42,147 bases of DNA from an uncultured Thermodesulfobacteriota bacterium (GTDB lineage Bacteria; Desulfobacterota; DSWW01; CAZFWM01), in assembly GCA_964522545.1 (NCBI GenBank), contig CAZFWM010000015.1:1-42147 (forward strand), read 5' to 3'. Position 1 is the stretch's first letter. Each line of letters begins with the position of its first letter. The notes beneath the pieces were generated by a model. That model was given only the letters and a program-made list of their open reading frames with translations. It was not told the origin of the DNA and ran no database searches. A program made the position numbers and the translations under genes. This document shows, piece by piece, positions 17,978 through 26,735 of the stretch.

Positions 17978-18325
17978 GCTTTTTCTTTCAATGCCACAGA
18001 GTGCGATCCGGGCAAGGCTTGTTTTCGCTGGAAAATATTTGACGGGGTTGATCATATTGTCACCTATGACGCCGCAGTCTGTAAAAAAAGAAATTAAAGG
18101 ATTGCAGATCAAATAAGTATTATGATACCCTAATGCAAGAAATAAAAAAATGTCAAGTGATGTCGGTCCACCAATTCACAGACTATGATGCGTCGCACAG
18201 GACACCCTCGGCCCTCGGTCGTGTCCGGTCATGCGAGCCCGGGGCTTGCAAAACATATTACTTTCCTACAAAATTGTAAAAAACGATTTGCCGAAGCATC
18301 CTATCGGAATATGAAAGGCACTTGA

Positions 18326-19867
18326 ATGGAATCGATCTACACGAAACGCCATGGCGAGCTTCTGGCGGAGGTCGCCGATGTCCTCACCCGTTCTCTGGAC
18401 CTGCAGGATACCTGCAAGGAGGTCCTTGGCCTTCTGGACCGGCTGATGGAGATGAACCGCGGCACCATAATGCTCATCGATCAGGATACGGGGGTGCTGT
18501 CGGTGGAGGTGGCCCACGGGCTGTCCGCGAAGTCGAAAAAAAGCAGCATCTACCGGCTTGAAGAGGGGATCATAAACAATGTGGTCAAGACGGGCGGGCC
18601 GGAGGTCATCCCTCAGATCAACAAGGACCCACGATTCCGGAGCCGCACCCGAAGGTCGACCGGGAGAGGCGGAGCCAACCACTCTTTTCTCTGTGTGCCG
18701 ATTCAGGTGGACGACCAAAGCCTGGGGGCCCTCAGTGTCGACAAGATCTACCGGCCCGATGCATCCCTCGACGAGGACGTCCACCTGTTGAGCATCATCG
18801 CGATGATCATTGGCAAGGCCGTCCATCTCAATCAGATGTTGCGGGAAGAAAAGGAGTCTCTCCTCGACGAGAACCTCGCTCTGCGCCGGAAGCTCAAGGG
18901 CCGCTACCACATCGATAACCTGGTGGGCAGCAGCCATCCCATGCAGGAGGTCTATGGGCTCATACGGCAGGTGGCAAAGAGCAACGCCACGGCCCTCATC
19001 CGGGGCGAAAGCGGGACAGGAAAGGAGCTCGTCGCGAACGCCATTCATTACAATAGTCTCCGGGCCCACAAGCCCTTCATCAAGATAAACTGTGCCGCCC
19101 TGCCGGAGAATCTGCTGGAGAGTGAGCTCTTTGGCTATGAGCCGGGGGCCTTTACAGGAGCGAGCCACAGGAAGCTCGGCCGGTTTGAAGTGGCTCATGG
19201 GGGGACCCTCTTCCTAGACGAGATCGGTGATCTCCCCGGCAGTGTCCAGGTGAAACTTCTGCGGGTCTTGCAGGCACGGGAGTTCGAACGGGTGGGCGGA
19301 CTCGAGACGATCAAGGTGAATATCCGGCTATTGGCCGCCACGGGCAAGGACCTGGAAAAGGAACTCCGGCATGGCAGCTTCCGGGAAGACCTCTACTACC
19401 GGATCAATGTCTTTCCCATCTTTCTTCCGCCTCTGCGCGATAGAAAGGAAGACATCATTGCGCTGGCCGATCATTTCCTCGAGAAATACGCCCGTGATAA
19501 CCGGAAGGAGATTCGGAGGATCTCGACGCCGGCCATCAACATGCTCGTGAGCTATCACTGGCCCGGGAATGTGAGAGAGCTGGAGAGCTGCATGGAGCGG
19601 GCCGTCCTGCTGTGCAATGAGAAGGCCATCCGGGCAGAGCACCTGCCGCCCTCACTCCAGATGGCGGAGACGTCGGGCAGCCGGTTTCGCGGCCGGCTCC
19701 CCCAGGCGGTAAGCCGCCTGGAGCAGGAGATGATCATCGAGGCCCTGAAGACGACCCACGGTCACCAGGGAAAGGCGGCCCGGGCACTCGGCGTTACCGA
19801 GCGGATCCTGGGCTACAAGATCCGAAGCTACGGGATCAGTCCAAAGGTCTATTCGGCCTGGAGATAA
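18326..19867 (+). CDS. Sigma-54-dependent transcriptional activator with GAF-AAA+-HTH architecture (NifA-like)
   Basis: 513 aa. N-terminal GAF-like domain. Walker A GESGTGKE. GAFTGA motif (EPGAFTGAS). C-terminal Fis-type HTH (…AARALGVTERILGYKIRSYGI). RBS GAAAGG lies upstream of the ATG. Confidence 0.85.
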   Translation: MESIYTKRHGELLAEVADVLTRSLDLQDTCKEVLGLLDRLMEMNRGTIMLIDQDTGVLSVEVAHGLSAKSKKSSIYRLEEGIINNVVKTGGPEVIPQINKDPRFRSRTRRSTGRGGANHSFLCVPIQVDDQSLGALSVDKIYRPDASLDEDVHLLSIIAMIIGKAVHLNQMLREEKESLLDENLALRRKLKGRYHIDNLVGSSHPMQEVYGLIRQVAKSNATALIRGESGTGKELVANAIHYNSLRAHKPFIKINCAALPENLLESELFGYEPGAFTGASHRKLGRFEVAHGGTLFLDEIGDLPGSVQVKLLRVLQAREFERVGGLETIKVNIRLLAATGKDLEKELRHGSFREDLYYRINVFPIFLPPLRDRKEDIIALADHFLEKYARDNRKEIRRISTPAINMLVSYHWPGNVRELESCMERAVLLCNEKAIRAEHLPPSLQMAETSGSRFRGRLPQAVSRLEQEMIIEALKTTHGHQGKAARALGVTERILGYKIRSYGISPKVYSAWR

Positions 19868-19912
19868 TACAATTTTGTATAAACGACGCGTAGTCCTACA
19901 AAAATGTATGAC
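19868..19912. promoter_or_regulatory. Candidate enhancer (UAS) palindromes ATACAAttTTGTAT and TACAaaaaTGTA, ~90-130 bp upstream of the sigma-54 promoter
   Basis: TACA-N4-TGTA dyads at 19868..19881 and 19896..19907. A third TACAaaatTGTA lies upstream of the activator gene itself (18266..18277). Confidence 0.35.
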
Positions 19913-20000
19913 AAATCACGGCTCTAGGATTTGCCCCTTTCGCCTCTAATCCCGCACAAAGCCTACGTTCTTCACCCTCCCGACCCTCTCCCGAAAAGGC

Positions 20001-20016
20001 TGGCATGGTCATTGCT
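20001..20016 (+). promoter_or_regulatory. Sigma-54 (-24/-12) promoter TGGCAT-N5-TTGCT driving amtB-glnK-glnA
   Basis: Canonical GG and GC elements with exact spacing (GG 20002-3, GC 20014-5), ~88 nt upstream of the amtB start. Confidence 0.75.
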
Positions 20017-20103
20017 AGCTGGGCTTTGACTTATACACCCGTTCAAGCGATCACGAAGGCTATGAAGAACGCGATTCCGACAAAGGGATGAGAGGGAAAT
20101 AGA

Positions 20104-21492
20104 ATGGATCTACTCCAGCGAGAGAAAAAGAGGGGATGCCTCGGGCAGAGGGAATGCCTCGGGCCGGCGGATAGAATTGCCTTTTCTGCATTGGCTCTCT
20201 TCCTGCTCCTTCCCGGATCGGCACTGGCCGATGAACCGGGAGGGGCCGTCGTCTCTCCGGTCGCCCTGAACACGGTGTGGGTCCTCATTACCGCCTTTCT
20301 GGTCTTTCTCATGCAGGCGGGCTTCGGGATGGTGGAGGCGGGCTTTATCCGGGCCAAGAACACTTGCAACATCCTGATGAAGAACTTCCTCGATTTCTGC
20401 ATGGCCTCGCTGGGCTTTTTTATCTTCGGTTATGCCATCATGTTCGGCGACGGGAATGCATTGTTCGGCACTACGGGGTGGTTCCTCGAGGGCGCCGTCT
20501 CAGGAGCGGATATTCCCCTGCATGCCTTCTGGCTGTTCCAGGCGGTCTTCTGCGGCGCCGCAGCCACGATCGTGGCCGGAGGGATGGCCGAGCGCATGAA
20601 GTTCCAGGCCTACCTCATGTATTCTTTTCTCATATCCGCCTTTATCTACCCTATTGTGGGACATTGGATCTGGGGCGGGGGCTGGCTGGCCGAGATGGGT
20701 TTTGCCGACTTCGCCGGGTCTACCGTGGTCCATGCCACGGGCGGCTGGGCGGCATTTATCGGGACCGTGATACTGCGGCCCCGGATCGGAAAGTACCGTT
20801 CGGACGGTTCCATAAGGGCCATTACCGGCCACAATATTCCCCTGGCCTCTCTCGGTGTTTTTCTGCTCTGGTTCGGCTGGTTCGGCTTCAATCCGGGCTC
20901 CACGCTGGGCGTCACCGACGGCGAAACCATCGCCCGGGTCGCCATCAACACGAACCTGGCCGCGGCGGCGGCGGCCATCAGCGCCATGATCGTGGTCTGG
21001 ATCAAGTTTTCCAAGCCCGACCTCTCGATGACCATGAACGGCGCCCTGGCCGGCCTGGTGGCGATAACGGCCCCCTGTGCCTTTGTCTCCCCCATGGCGT
21101 CGATCTTCATCGGAATGGTGGCGGGCTTTCTGGTCGTCTTCGGGGTCCTTGCTCTGGACCGGCTCCATGTGGACGATCCCGTGGGGGCCGTGGCCGTACA
21201 CGGGATCAACGGCATCTGGGGCACCGTCGCATTGGGAATATTCGGGCGGCAGTCTCTGGGGGTGGCCCGGGAGGGATTGCTCCACGGAGGTGGCTTCGCT
21301 CAGCTGGGCGTGCAGGTCCTGGGCACATTTGCGTGTAGCCTTTTCGTCATCGCCTCCATGGCCATGGTATTCAAATTCATCGATTCCATTGTGGGGCTCC
21401 GGGTCTCTCCGACCGAGGAGCTCAAAGGTCTCGACATTGGAGAGCACGGCATGGAGTCTTACAGCGGTTTTCAGATCTTCACGACGGAGTGA
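20104..21492 (+). CDS. amtB: Ammonium transporter (Amt/MEP/Rh family)
   Basis: 462 aa. N-terminal signal peptide and ~11 TM helices. Family signatures include [14 protein letters not shown] and [16 protein letters not shown]. Confidence 0.9.
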   Translation: MDLLQREKKRGCLGQRECLGPADRIAFSALALFLLLPGSALADEPGGAVVSPVALNTVWVLITAFLVFLMQAGFGMVEAGFIRAKNTCNILMKNFLDFCMASLGFFIFGYAIMFGDGNALFGTTGWFLEGAVSGADIPLHAFWLFQAVFCGAAATIVAGGMAERMKFQAYLMYSFLISAFIYPIVGHWIWGGGWLAEMGFADFAGSTVVHATGGWAAFIGTVILRPRIGKYRSDGSIRAITGHNIPLASLGVFLLWFGWFGFNPGSTLGVTDGETIARVAINTNLAAAAAAISAMIVVWIKFSKPDLSMTMNGALAGLVAITAPCAFVSPMASIFIGMVAGFLVVFGVLALDRLHVDDPVGAVAVHGINGIWGTVALGIFGRQSLGVAREGLLHGGGFAQLGVQVLGTFACSLFVIASMAMVFKFIDSIVGLRVSPTEELKGLDIGEHGMESYSGFQIFTTE

Positions 21493-21497
21493 TCGAG

Positions 21498-21839
21498 ATG
21501 AAGTTGATCGTCGCCATGATTCAGCCCCACATGTTGCCTGCCGTAAAAAAGGCCCTTTTCGACGCCCAGGTGTTCAAGATGACGGTGGCCAATTCCCTCG
21601 GGTGCGGAGAACAATCCGGGTACACCGAGACATACAGAGGGGCGGTCGAAGAGGTGGACCTGTTGAAAAAGGTTCGGATCGAGATCGCCGTGAACGAAGA
21701 TTTTGTGGAGCCGACAATCGAGGCCATCACCGAAGGGGCCCGGACCGGTGAGATCGGGGACGGCAAGATCTTCATCCTGGATCTACATGAATGCGTTCGG
21801 ATTCGCACGGGCGAGCGCGGCAGCAAGGCCATCGGATGA
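21498..21839 (+). CDS. glnK: Nitrogen regulatory protein P-II
   Basis: [10 protein letters not shown]…T-loop…[12 protein letters not shown] at 21498 has GGAG 9 nt upstream. Lies 6 nt after the amtB stop (amtB-linked PII). Confidence 0.85.
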   Translation: MKLIVAMIQPHMLPAVKKALFDAQVFKMTVANSLGCGEQSGYTETYRGAVEEVDLLKKVRIEIAVNEDFVEPTIEAITEGARTGEIGDGKIFILDLHECVRIRTGERGSKAIG

Positions 21840-21846
21840 ACAGCCA

Positions 21847-23262
21847 ATGAACCTCAAGGAGCTGAGACGGATTTCCAAGGACCAGAGTCTGGAGTTCATC
21901 GATCTCAAGTTCACGGACATTCCGGGCACCTGGCAGCACTTCACGCTTCCCATCAGCGCTCTCGGCGATGATCTCTTCATCGAGGGGATCGGGTTCGACG
22001 GGTCCAGTATTCGAGGCTTTCAGCCTATCCACGAGAGCGACATGGTGATCAAGCCGGACCCGAAGACCGCCTTCATAGATCCGTTTTTCGAGCACCCCAC
22101 GCTGAGCATGGTCTGCAACGTCAAGGACCCTGTGACCATGAAGCTCTACTCCCGGGACCCCCGCCACGTGGCCCAGAAGGCCGAGCGGTATCTATCCGCA
22201 AACGGACTGGCCCAGCAGGCCTTTTTCGGCCCGGAGCCCGAGTTCTACATCTTCAACGATATCCGCTTCGACCAGACTCACAACAGCGGCTTCTACCGGA
22301 TCGATTCCCAGGAGGGGTTCTGGAACTCGGGGGCGGACGAGAGGCCGAATCTCGGATACAAGCCGCGCTATAAAGAAGGCTATTTCCCCGTCCCCCCCAC
22401 GGACAGTCTCCACAACCTGAGGGCCAAGATGGTAAAGGTCATGACCCGGGTCGGCATCGAGGTGGAATTCCATCACCACGAGGTCGCCACGGCCGGCCAG
22501 TCCGAGATCGACGTCAGGTTCAACACCCTGGTGCGGATCGCCGATGATCTCATGAAATACAAATACGTGGTCAAGAATGTTGCACTTGCGGACGGAAAGA
22601 CCGTCACTTTCATGCCCAAGCCGATCTTCATGGACAACGGGTCCGGGATGCACGTCCATCAGAGCCTCTGGAAGAATGGAAAAAATCTATTCTACGACCC
22701 CGAAGGATACGGCGGTCTCAGCCGGATCGGCCGGCATTACATTGGAGGCCTTCTCCATCATGCCGCCTCCCTTCTGGCCTTTTCGGCGCCCACGACGAAC
22801 TCCTACCGGCGACTGGTTCCGGGCTACGAGGCCCCGATCAACCTCATCTACTCCCAGAGGAACCGGAGCGCCTGCGTGCGGATTCCCCTCTATTCTCAAA
22901 GCGAGAAGTCAAAGCGGATCGAGTTCCGGTGCCCCGACCCATCCTGCAATCCCTACCTGGCCCTTGCCTCCATGTTCATGGCGGGCCTGGACGGGATCGA
23001 GAATGAGATCGAGCCGCCCGACCCGATCGACGAGGATCTCTACGAATTAGAGCCGGAGAGGGCGAGGGACATCAAGTCCACGCCGGGCACCCTCTCCGAT
23101 GTCCTGGACTCTCTGGAGAGGGATCACGCCTATCTCCTAAAAGGGGGGGTGTTTACGGAAGATCTCATCGAAGTGTGGATCGATTTCAAGAGAAAGAAAG
23201 AGATCGACCCCATACGGCTGCGCCCCCATCCGCATGAATTCGCCCTCTATTATGACGTATAG
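21847..23262 (+). CDS. glnA: Glutamine synthetase type I
   Basis: Start at ATG 21847 ([33 protein letters not shown]…). The ORF-track start at 21703 overlaps glnK and is rejected. ~471 aa with the GSI beta-grasp and catalytic domains. Confidence 0.85.
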   Translation: MNLKELRRISKDQSLEFIDLKFTDIPGTWQHFTLPISALGDDLFIEGIGFDGSSIRGFQPIHESDMVIKPDPKTAFIDPFFEHPTLSMVCNVKDPVTMKLYSRDPRHVAQKAERYLSANGLAQQAFFGPEPEFYIFNDIRFDQTHNSGFYRIDSQEGFWNSGADERPNLGYKPRYKEGYFPVPPTDSLHNLRAKMVKVMTRVGIEVEFHHHEVATAGQSEIDVRFNTLVRIADDLMKYKYVVKNVALADGKTVTFMPKPIFMDNGSGMHVHQSLWKNGKNLFYDPEGYGGLSRIGRHYIGGLLHHAASLLAFSAPTTNSYRRLVPGYEAPINLIYSQRNRSACVRIPLYSQSEKSKRIEFRCPDPSCNPYLALASMFMAGLDGIENEIEPPDPIDEDLYELEPERARDIKSTPGTLSDVLDSLERDHAYLLKGGVFTEDLIEVWIDFKRKKEIDPIRLRPHPHEFALYYDV

Positions 23263-23332
23263 GCCGGTACGGGAATATACGAATCGCGATGTTTACGAGA
23301 ATCAATCATAGGAAACAATGGAGGATGCAGGC

Positions 23333-24604
23333 ATGGAGCAGATAATCGGTCTTGCCGTCTTTTTTTGCGCTCTGGCGATAATGGCCATTATCGCTTTCAT
23401 CAAAGCCAACCTGGAGATCTGCGAGCCCAATGAAGTCATGATTTTCTCAGGGAGCAGGTACAAGGACGAGAAAGACAAGGTCGTAGGGTACAGGGTGATC
23501 AAGGGGGGCCGTAGCCTCAGGGTTCCCTTTGTGGAGACCGTGAACCGATTGTCTCTGAACACGATGCCCATCGAAATGGATGTGAAGGGGGCCCTGACGA
23601 ACGGGGTCATTCCGGTGAATGTGAAGGCCATGGCCAATGTCAAGATTGCCGGCCGAGAAGAGCAGGGGCTCGGGAATGCCATCGAGCGGTTTCTCGGGAA
23701 GAAACCCAACGCGATAGCCGGCATTGCCAAGGAGATCCTGGAGGGAACCATGCGGGGGGTCCTGGCCACCATGGCGCCGGAGGAGGCCAATGCGAGCCGG
23801 CTGGCCTTTGCCCGGCAGGTGGCCGAGGAGGCAAGGGTGGACATGGAATGCATGGGGCTTATTCTGGACACGCTCAAGGTCCAGGATATCACCGATGACA
23901 AGGGCTATCTCGAGGCCATTGCCCGGAAAAAGAATGCCGAAGTGCACCGGGATGCCAGGATCGTGGAGGCGGTCTCCAACGCCGAGGCGAGTCGGAAGGA
24001 GGCCGACGCAAAGAGGCTTGCCGAGATCGCGGACATTGAGGCCAGACAATCGGTGGTCGAGACAGAGCAGGCTTTCCGGGTCCAACAGGCGGAATGGACG
24101 ACCCGGGCCAATCAAGCCGAGGAGCGATCCAAGGCGGCGGCGGAGATATCCCGCATGGAGGAGATGAAGGTCCTGGAGGAAAAAAGGGTCGACACCAACA
24201 AGCTGAAGTACGAGGCCGAGGTGGTGATCCCCGCCGAGGCGGAGAAGGAAGCCTCAGTAAAAAAAGCCATTGGAGAAGCAGCCTATACATTCGAGGAAGG
24301 GAAGGCCAAGGCCCAGGCCCTTCAGCTCTTGCGGGAGCAGTGGGAGAGGCAGGACAGTAAAGATCTGTTCATGATCCAGCTGCTGCCCGAGCTTGTCGAT
24401 AAGGTCGCAAAGGTGATCGCCTCCAATCTCACCGTGGAAAGGCTTACCGTGGTGGACTCGGGGAACGGCGGCGGGGTGCCTCATCTGGTAGGAAGTCTGG
24501 CCGGCTCCGTGAACGCTTTCCTCGAACAGCTCAAGACCCTCACCGGCCTGGACCTGGCCAGGATGATGGAAGATCGCCAAAAGCTGACCGGAGAGAAACA
24601 TTGA
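23333..24604 (+). CDS. Flotillin/SPFH (band-7) domain protein
   Basis: N-terminal TM helix, SPFH domain, then a long Ala/Glu-rich coiled-coil repeat region (AEAEKEA…). GGAGG lies 6 nt upstream of the ATG at 23333. An alternative upstream start at 23318 is possible. Confidence 0.7.
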   Translation: MEQIIGLAVFFCALAIMAIIAFIKANLEICEPNEVMIFSGSRYKDEKDKVVGYRVIKGGRSLRVPFVETVNRLSLNTMPIEMDVKGALTNGVIPVNVKAMANVKIAGREEQGLGNAIERFLGKKPNAIAGIAKEILEGTMRGVLATMAPEEANASRLAFARQVAEEARVDMECMGLILDTLKVQDITDDKGYLEAIARKKNAEVHRDARIVEAVSNAEASRKEADAKRLAEIADIEARQSVVETEQAFRVQQAEWTTRANQAEERSKAAAEISRMEEMKVLEEKRVDTNKLKYEAEVVIPAEAEKEASVKKAIGEAAYTFEEGKAKAQALQLLREQWERQDSKDLFMIQLLPELVDKVAKVIASNLTVERLTVVDSGNGGGVPHLVGSLAGSVNAFLEQLKTLTGLDLARMMEDRQKLTGEKH

Positions 24605-24665
24605 GTGTGGGGCTCTACTCGTCATCCCTACAGCCTCCGTTTCCTGATGATTGGGGAAGTATTGA

Positions 24666-26027
24666 ATGAAAGCAAGAAGAACATTTCTTACAGTTAGTTT
24701 GCTTTTGGGTTGCTTTCATCTGTTTTCGCTCACATCGGTTCTGGCCCAGGAGATGGGCTATCCCAATATTGCCCCCAAAAAGCTGGAGATCAAAAGGGGC
24801 TATACCCCTGATGCCTTGAAGTGTATTGAGTGCCATGCCAAAGAGACATCTGGTATCGTAGCGGCTTGGAAGACCAGCCGGATGGCTCATGCAGGAGTTT
24901 CCTGTTATGACTGTCATGTAGTACATAAAGGCTCTTCCATGGCCAGCCAGTGTGATGGGATAAAGGATACCCGGCCGAAAATCCATACCTCTCCGATGGT
25001 GAGCCCTAAGACGTGCGAGAGATGCCACCCTTCCGAGGTAGAGCAGTTTTCCAAGAGCTCTCATGCCCAGCTTGCCGGCGCCCCGGTAATAGAAAAGTCT
25101 GAATTTCATCATCTTATGTATGAGCTGGAAGGCGGCATATTTATGGGTATGCCGGAAGGTGACAAGCGTACCCTCGCTTCCAGGGAATCCGGGTGCCAGA
25201 TGTGCCACGGTACGGAGGTTGAGCTCAAGCCCGATAATAAACCGACGGATGATAGCTGGCCGAGTGGTATCGGCGCTCGCTATCCTGATGGCGGTATAGG
25301 CAATTGTACCTGCTGTCATAATCGGCATGAATTCAAAATTTCCGGAGCCAGGAAACCCGAGGCCTGTGCCAAATGTCATATGGGACCGGACCATCCCGAC
25401 ATTGAAATTTATTACGGAAGTAGTCACGGCCAGCTTTATCTGGCTTCGGGTGATGAGTGGAGGTGGGATAGTGCCCCTGACACCTGGGAGCCTGGTGATT
25501 ATATCGCACCCACTTGTGCCACATGTCACATGAGTGGGATTGGTGATCTGGGCACTACTCACAATGTCAACGAGCGGCTGATGTGGGACCTGGCGCATGT
25601 CAAGAGTGTGGTTCGAAGCGGCGAGCGCGGTAAGGGCGAAAAAGGACGCGAGCTCATGATGAAGGTCTGTAGTAACTGTCACAGCAAGGTTCATATTGAT
25701 AGCCACTTTGCTGGGCTGGCCAGAGCAATTGGACTCTACAATTTTTATATAGATGGAGCTCAGGAGATGATGGACGCTCTCAATGGAAAAGGGCTTCTGA
25801 AGAGCGACAAATGGAACGATCCATTTCAGAAACTCTTTTACTATCTCTGGCACCATTCAGGACGAAGGACCCGTCATGGTGCTGCCATGGCCGGCCCGGA
25901 TTATGCCCATTGGCATGGCTTCTTCCAGATGTTCCAGATGTACAAGGATATGCAGGAAATTTACGACTGGCGAAAACAGAACAATAAGATCGAGGCCCTT
26001 AGCCCGGTTATGCTGACGCTTCCATAG
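24666..26027 (+). CDS. hao: Octaheme cytochrome c of the hydroxylamine oxidoreductase (HAO) family
   Basis: 453 aa with a signal peptide and eight CxxCH motifs (CIECH, CYDCH, CERCH, CQMCH, CTCCH, CAKCH, CATCH, CSNCH). Size and heme spacing fit HAO/epsilon-Hao-type octahemes. Confidence 0.7.
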   Translation: MKARRTFLTVSLLLGCFHLFSLTSVLAQEMGYPNIAPKKLEIKRGYTPDALKCIECHAKETSGIVAAWKTSRMAHAGVSCYDCHVVHKGSSMASQCDGIKDTRPKIHTSPMVSPKTCERCHPSEVEQFSKSSHAQLAGAPVIEKSEFHHLMYELEGGIFMGMPEGDKRTLASRESGCQMCHGTEVELKPDNKPTDDSWPSGIGARYPDGGIGNCTCCHNRHEFKISGARKPEACAKCHMGPDHPDIEIYYGSSHGQLYLASGDEWRWDSAPDTWEPGDYIAPTCATCHMSGIGDLGTTHNVNERLMWDLAHVKSVVRSGERGKGEKGRELMMKVCSNCHSKVHIDSHFAGLARAIGLYNFYIDGAQEMMDALNGKGLLKSDKWNDPFQKLFYYLWHHSGRRTRHGAAMAGPDYAHWHGFFQMFQMYKDMQEIYDWRKQNNKIEALSPVMLTLP

Positions 26028-26162
26028 ATATGGATATATAAGTGCGACGATTGTGCACAGGGAGAACAAAGTCTTGAGATACTCAAACAAAAGATCGGGT
26101 TTTCTGGCCTTTGGTGTTGTGGGTCTTGTTATTGTGTCTTATGCAAATTTACAGCCTGGTCC

Positions 26163-26570
26163 TTGGCGTATACCTCTTCTGAAGAATTCTGCACCAACTG
26201 CCATGAGATGATGTACCCTTATAGAGGCTGGAAGGCATCTTCTCACTATGACAACCGGTCCGGAGTGATGGCAAGTTGCGCGGATTGTCATCTGCCTCCG
26301 GATATAGTCTCTATGATCAAGGTAAAGATCATAACAGGCACAAGAGATACATTTGTACATTATCTTGGAAATCCAGAAGGGCTTGATTTCGATGAATTGG
26401 CTAAAAAGGCAAGAAAAAATATTGCAGACGTTTCATGTGTTAAATGTCACAAGAATCTCTTTCCGACCTGTATTACGAAAGGTGGACTCATAGCGCACAG
26501 GGCATGGCAACGGGGTGTAGAGAAAAAATGCGTAGACTGCCATGTAAATCTTGTACATACACAATCGTAG
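26163..26570 (+). CDS. NapC/NirT/NrfH-family tetraheme cytochrome c (heme domain). The predicted N-terminal membrane anchor lies in the -1 frame (about 26053..26160)
   Basis: Four CxxCH motifs (CTNCHE, CADCHL, CVKCHK, CVDCHV). TSSEEFCTNCHEMMYPYRGWKASSHY matches the NapC signature. The TM helix RSGFLAFGVVGLVIVSYANL is encoded in the other frame upstream, giving an apparent -1 frameshift around 26145..26160. Confidence 0.7.
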   Translation: MAYTSSEEFCTNCHEMMYPYRGWKASSHYDNRSGVMASCADCHLPPDIVSMIKVKIITGTRDTFVHYLGNPEGLDFDELAKKARKNIADVSCVKCHKNLFPTCITKGGLIAHRAWQRGVEKKCVDCHVNLVHTQS

Positions 26571-26586
26571 CTCAGCACTTTCTACC

Positions 26587-26636
26587 TTAACGTTGCATAA
26601 AACGCCTGCGGTTTTATGCAACGTTAGGGTTTATTC
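26587..26636 (+). terminator. Rho-independent terminator after the hao-napC pair
   Basis: 16-bp stem TAACGTTGCATAAAAC / GTTTTATGCAACGTTA with loop gcctgcg, followed by GGTTTATTCG. Confidence 0.7.
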
Positions 26637-26649
26637 GATGCTCCCAATC

Positions 26650-26680
26650 TTGACACGGAATCTGATTTGAAGCTATATTT
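26650..26680 (+). promoter_or_regulatory. Sigma-70-like promoter (TTGACA-N17-CTATAT / TATATT) for the GltD-like oxidoreductase gene
   Basis: TTGACA at 26650..26655. TATATT-like -10 at ~26673..26680. Confidence 0.4.
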
Positions 26681-26735
26681 GATAATCAGGTAAACCGATA
26701 ACAGAATACTTAAAGGCTTTTTGTCGAGGTAATAA

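Noticed and set aside
18113-18325. Searched the activator upstream region for a second sigma-54 promoter
   Set aside because: No GG-N10-GC arrangement with the right spacing. Only the TACAaaatTGTA dyad is notable there.
18266-19198. 310-aa antisense ORF opposite the sigma-54 activator gene, and other internal ORFs (18579..18791, 18810..19088, 19328..19642)
   Set aside because: No start context and no recognisable motifs. Overlapped by a gene with clear AAA+/HTH signatures. High-GC artefacts.
20277-21447. Long ORFs in alternative frames and antisense inside amtB (353 aa on +, 315 aa and 192 aa on -)
   Set aside because: Arg/Gly/Pro-rich low-complexity translations typical of off-frame reading in high-GC DNA. 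They are fully nested within a well-supported Amt transporter gene.
21703-21846. ORF-track N-terminal extension of glnA overlapping glnK
   Set aside because: The extension is Arg/Ser/Pro-rich and out of character. The canonical GSI N-terminus begins at the ATG at 21847.
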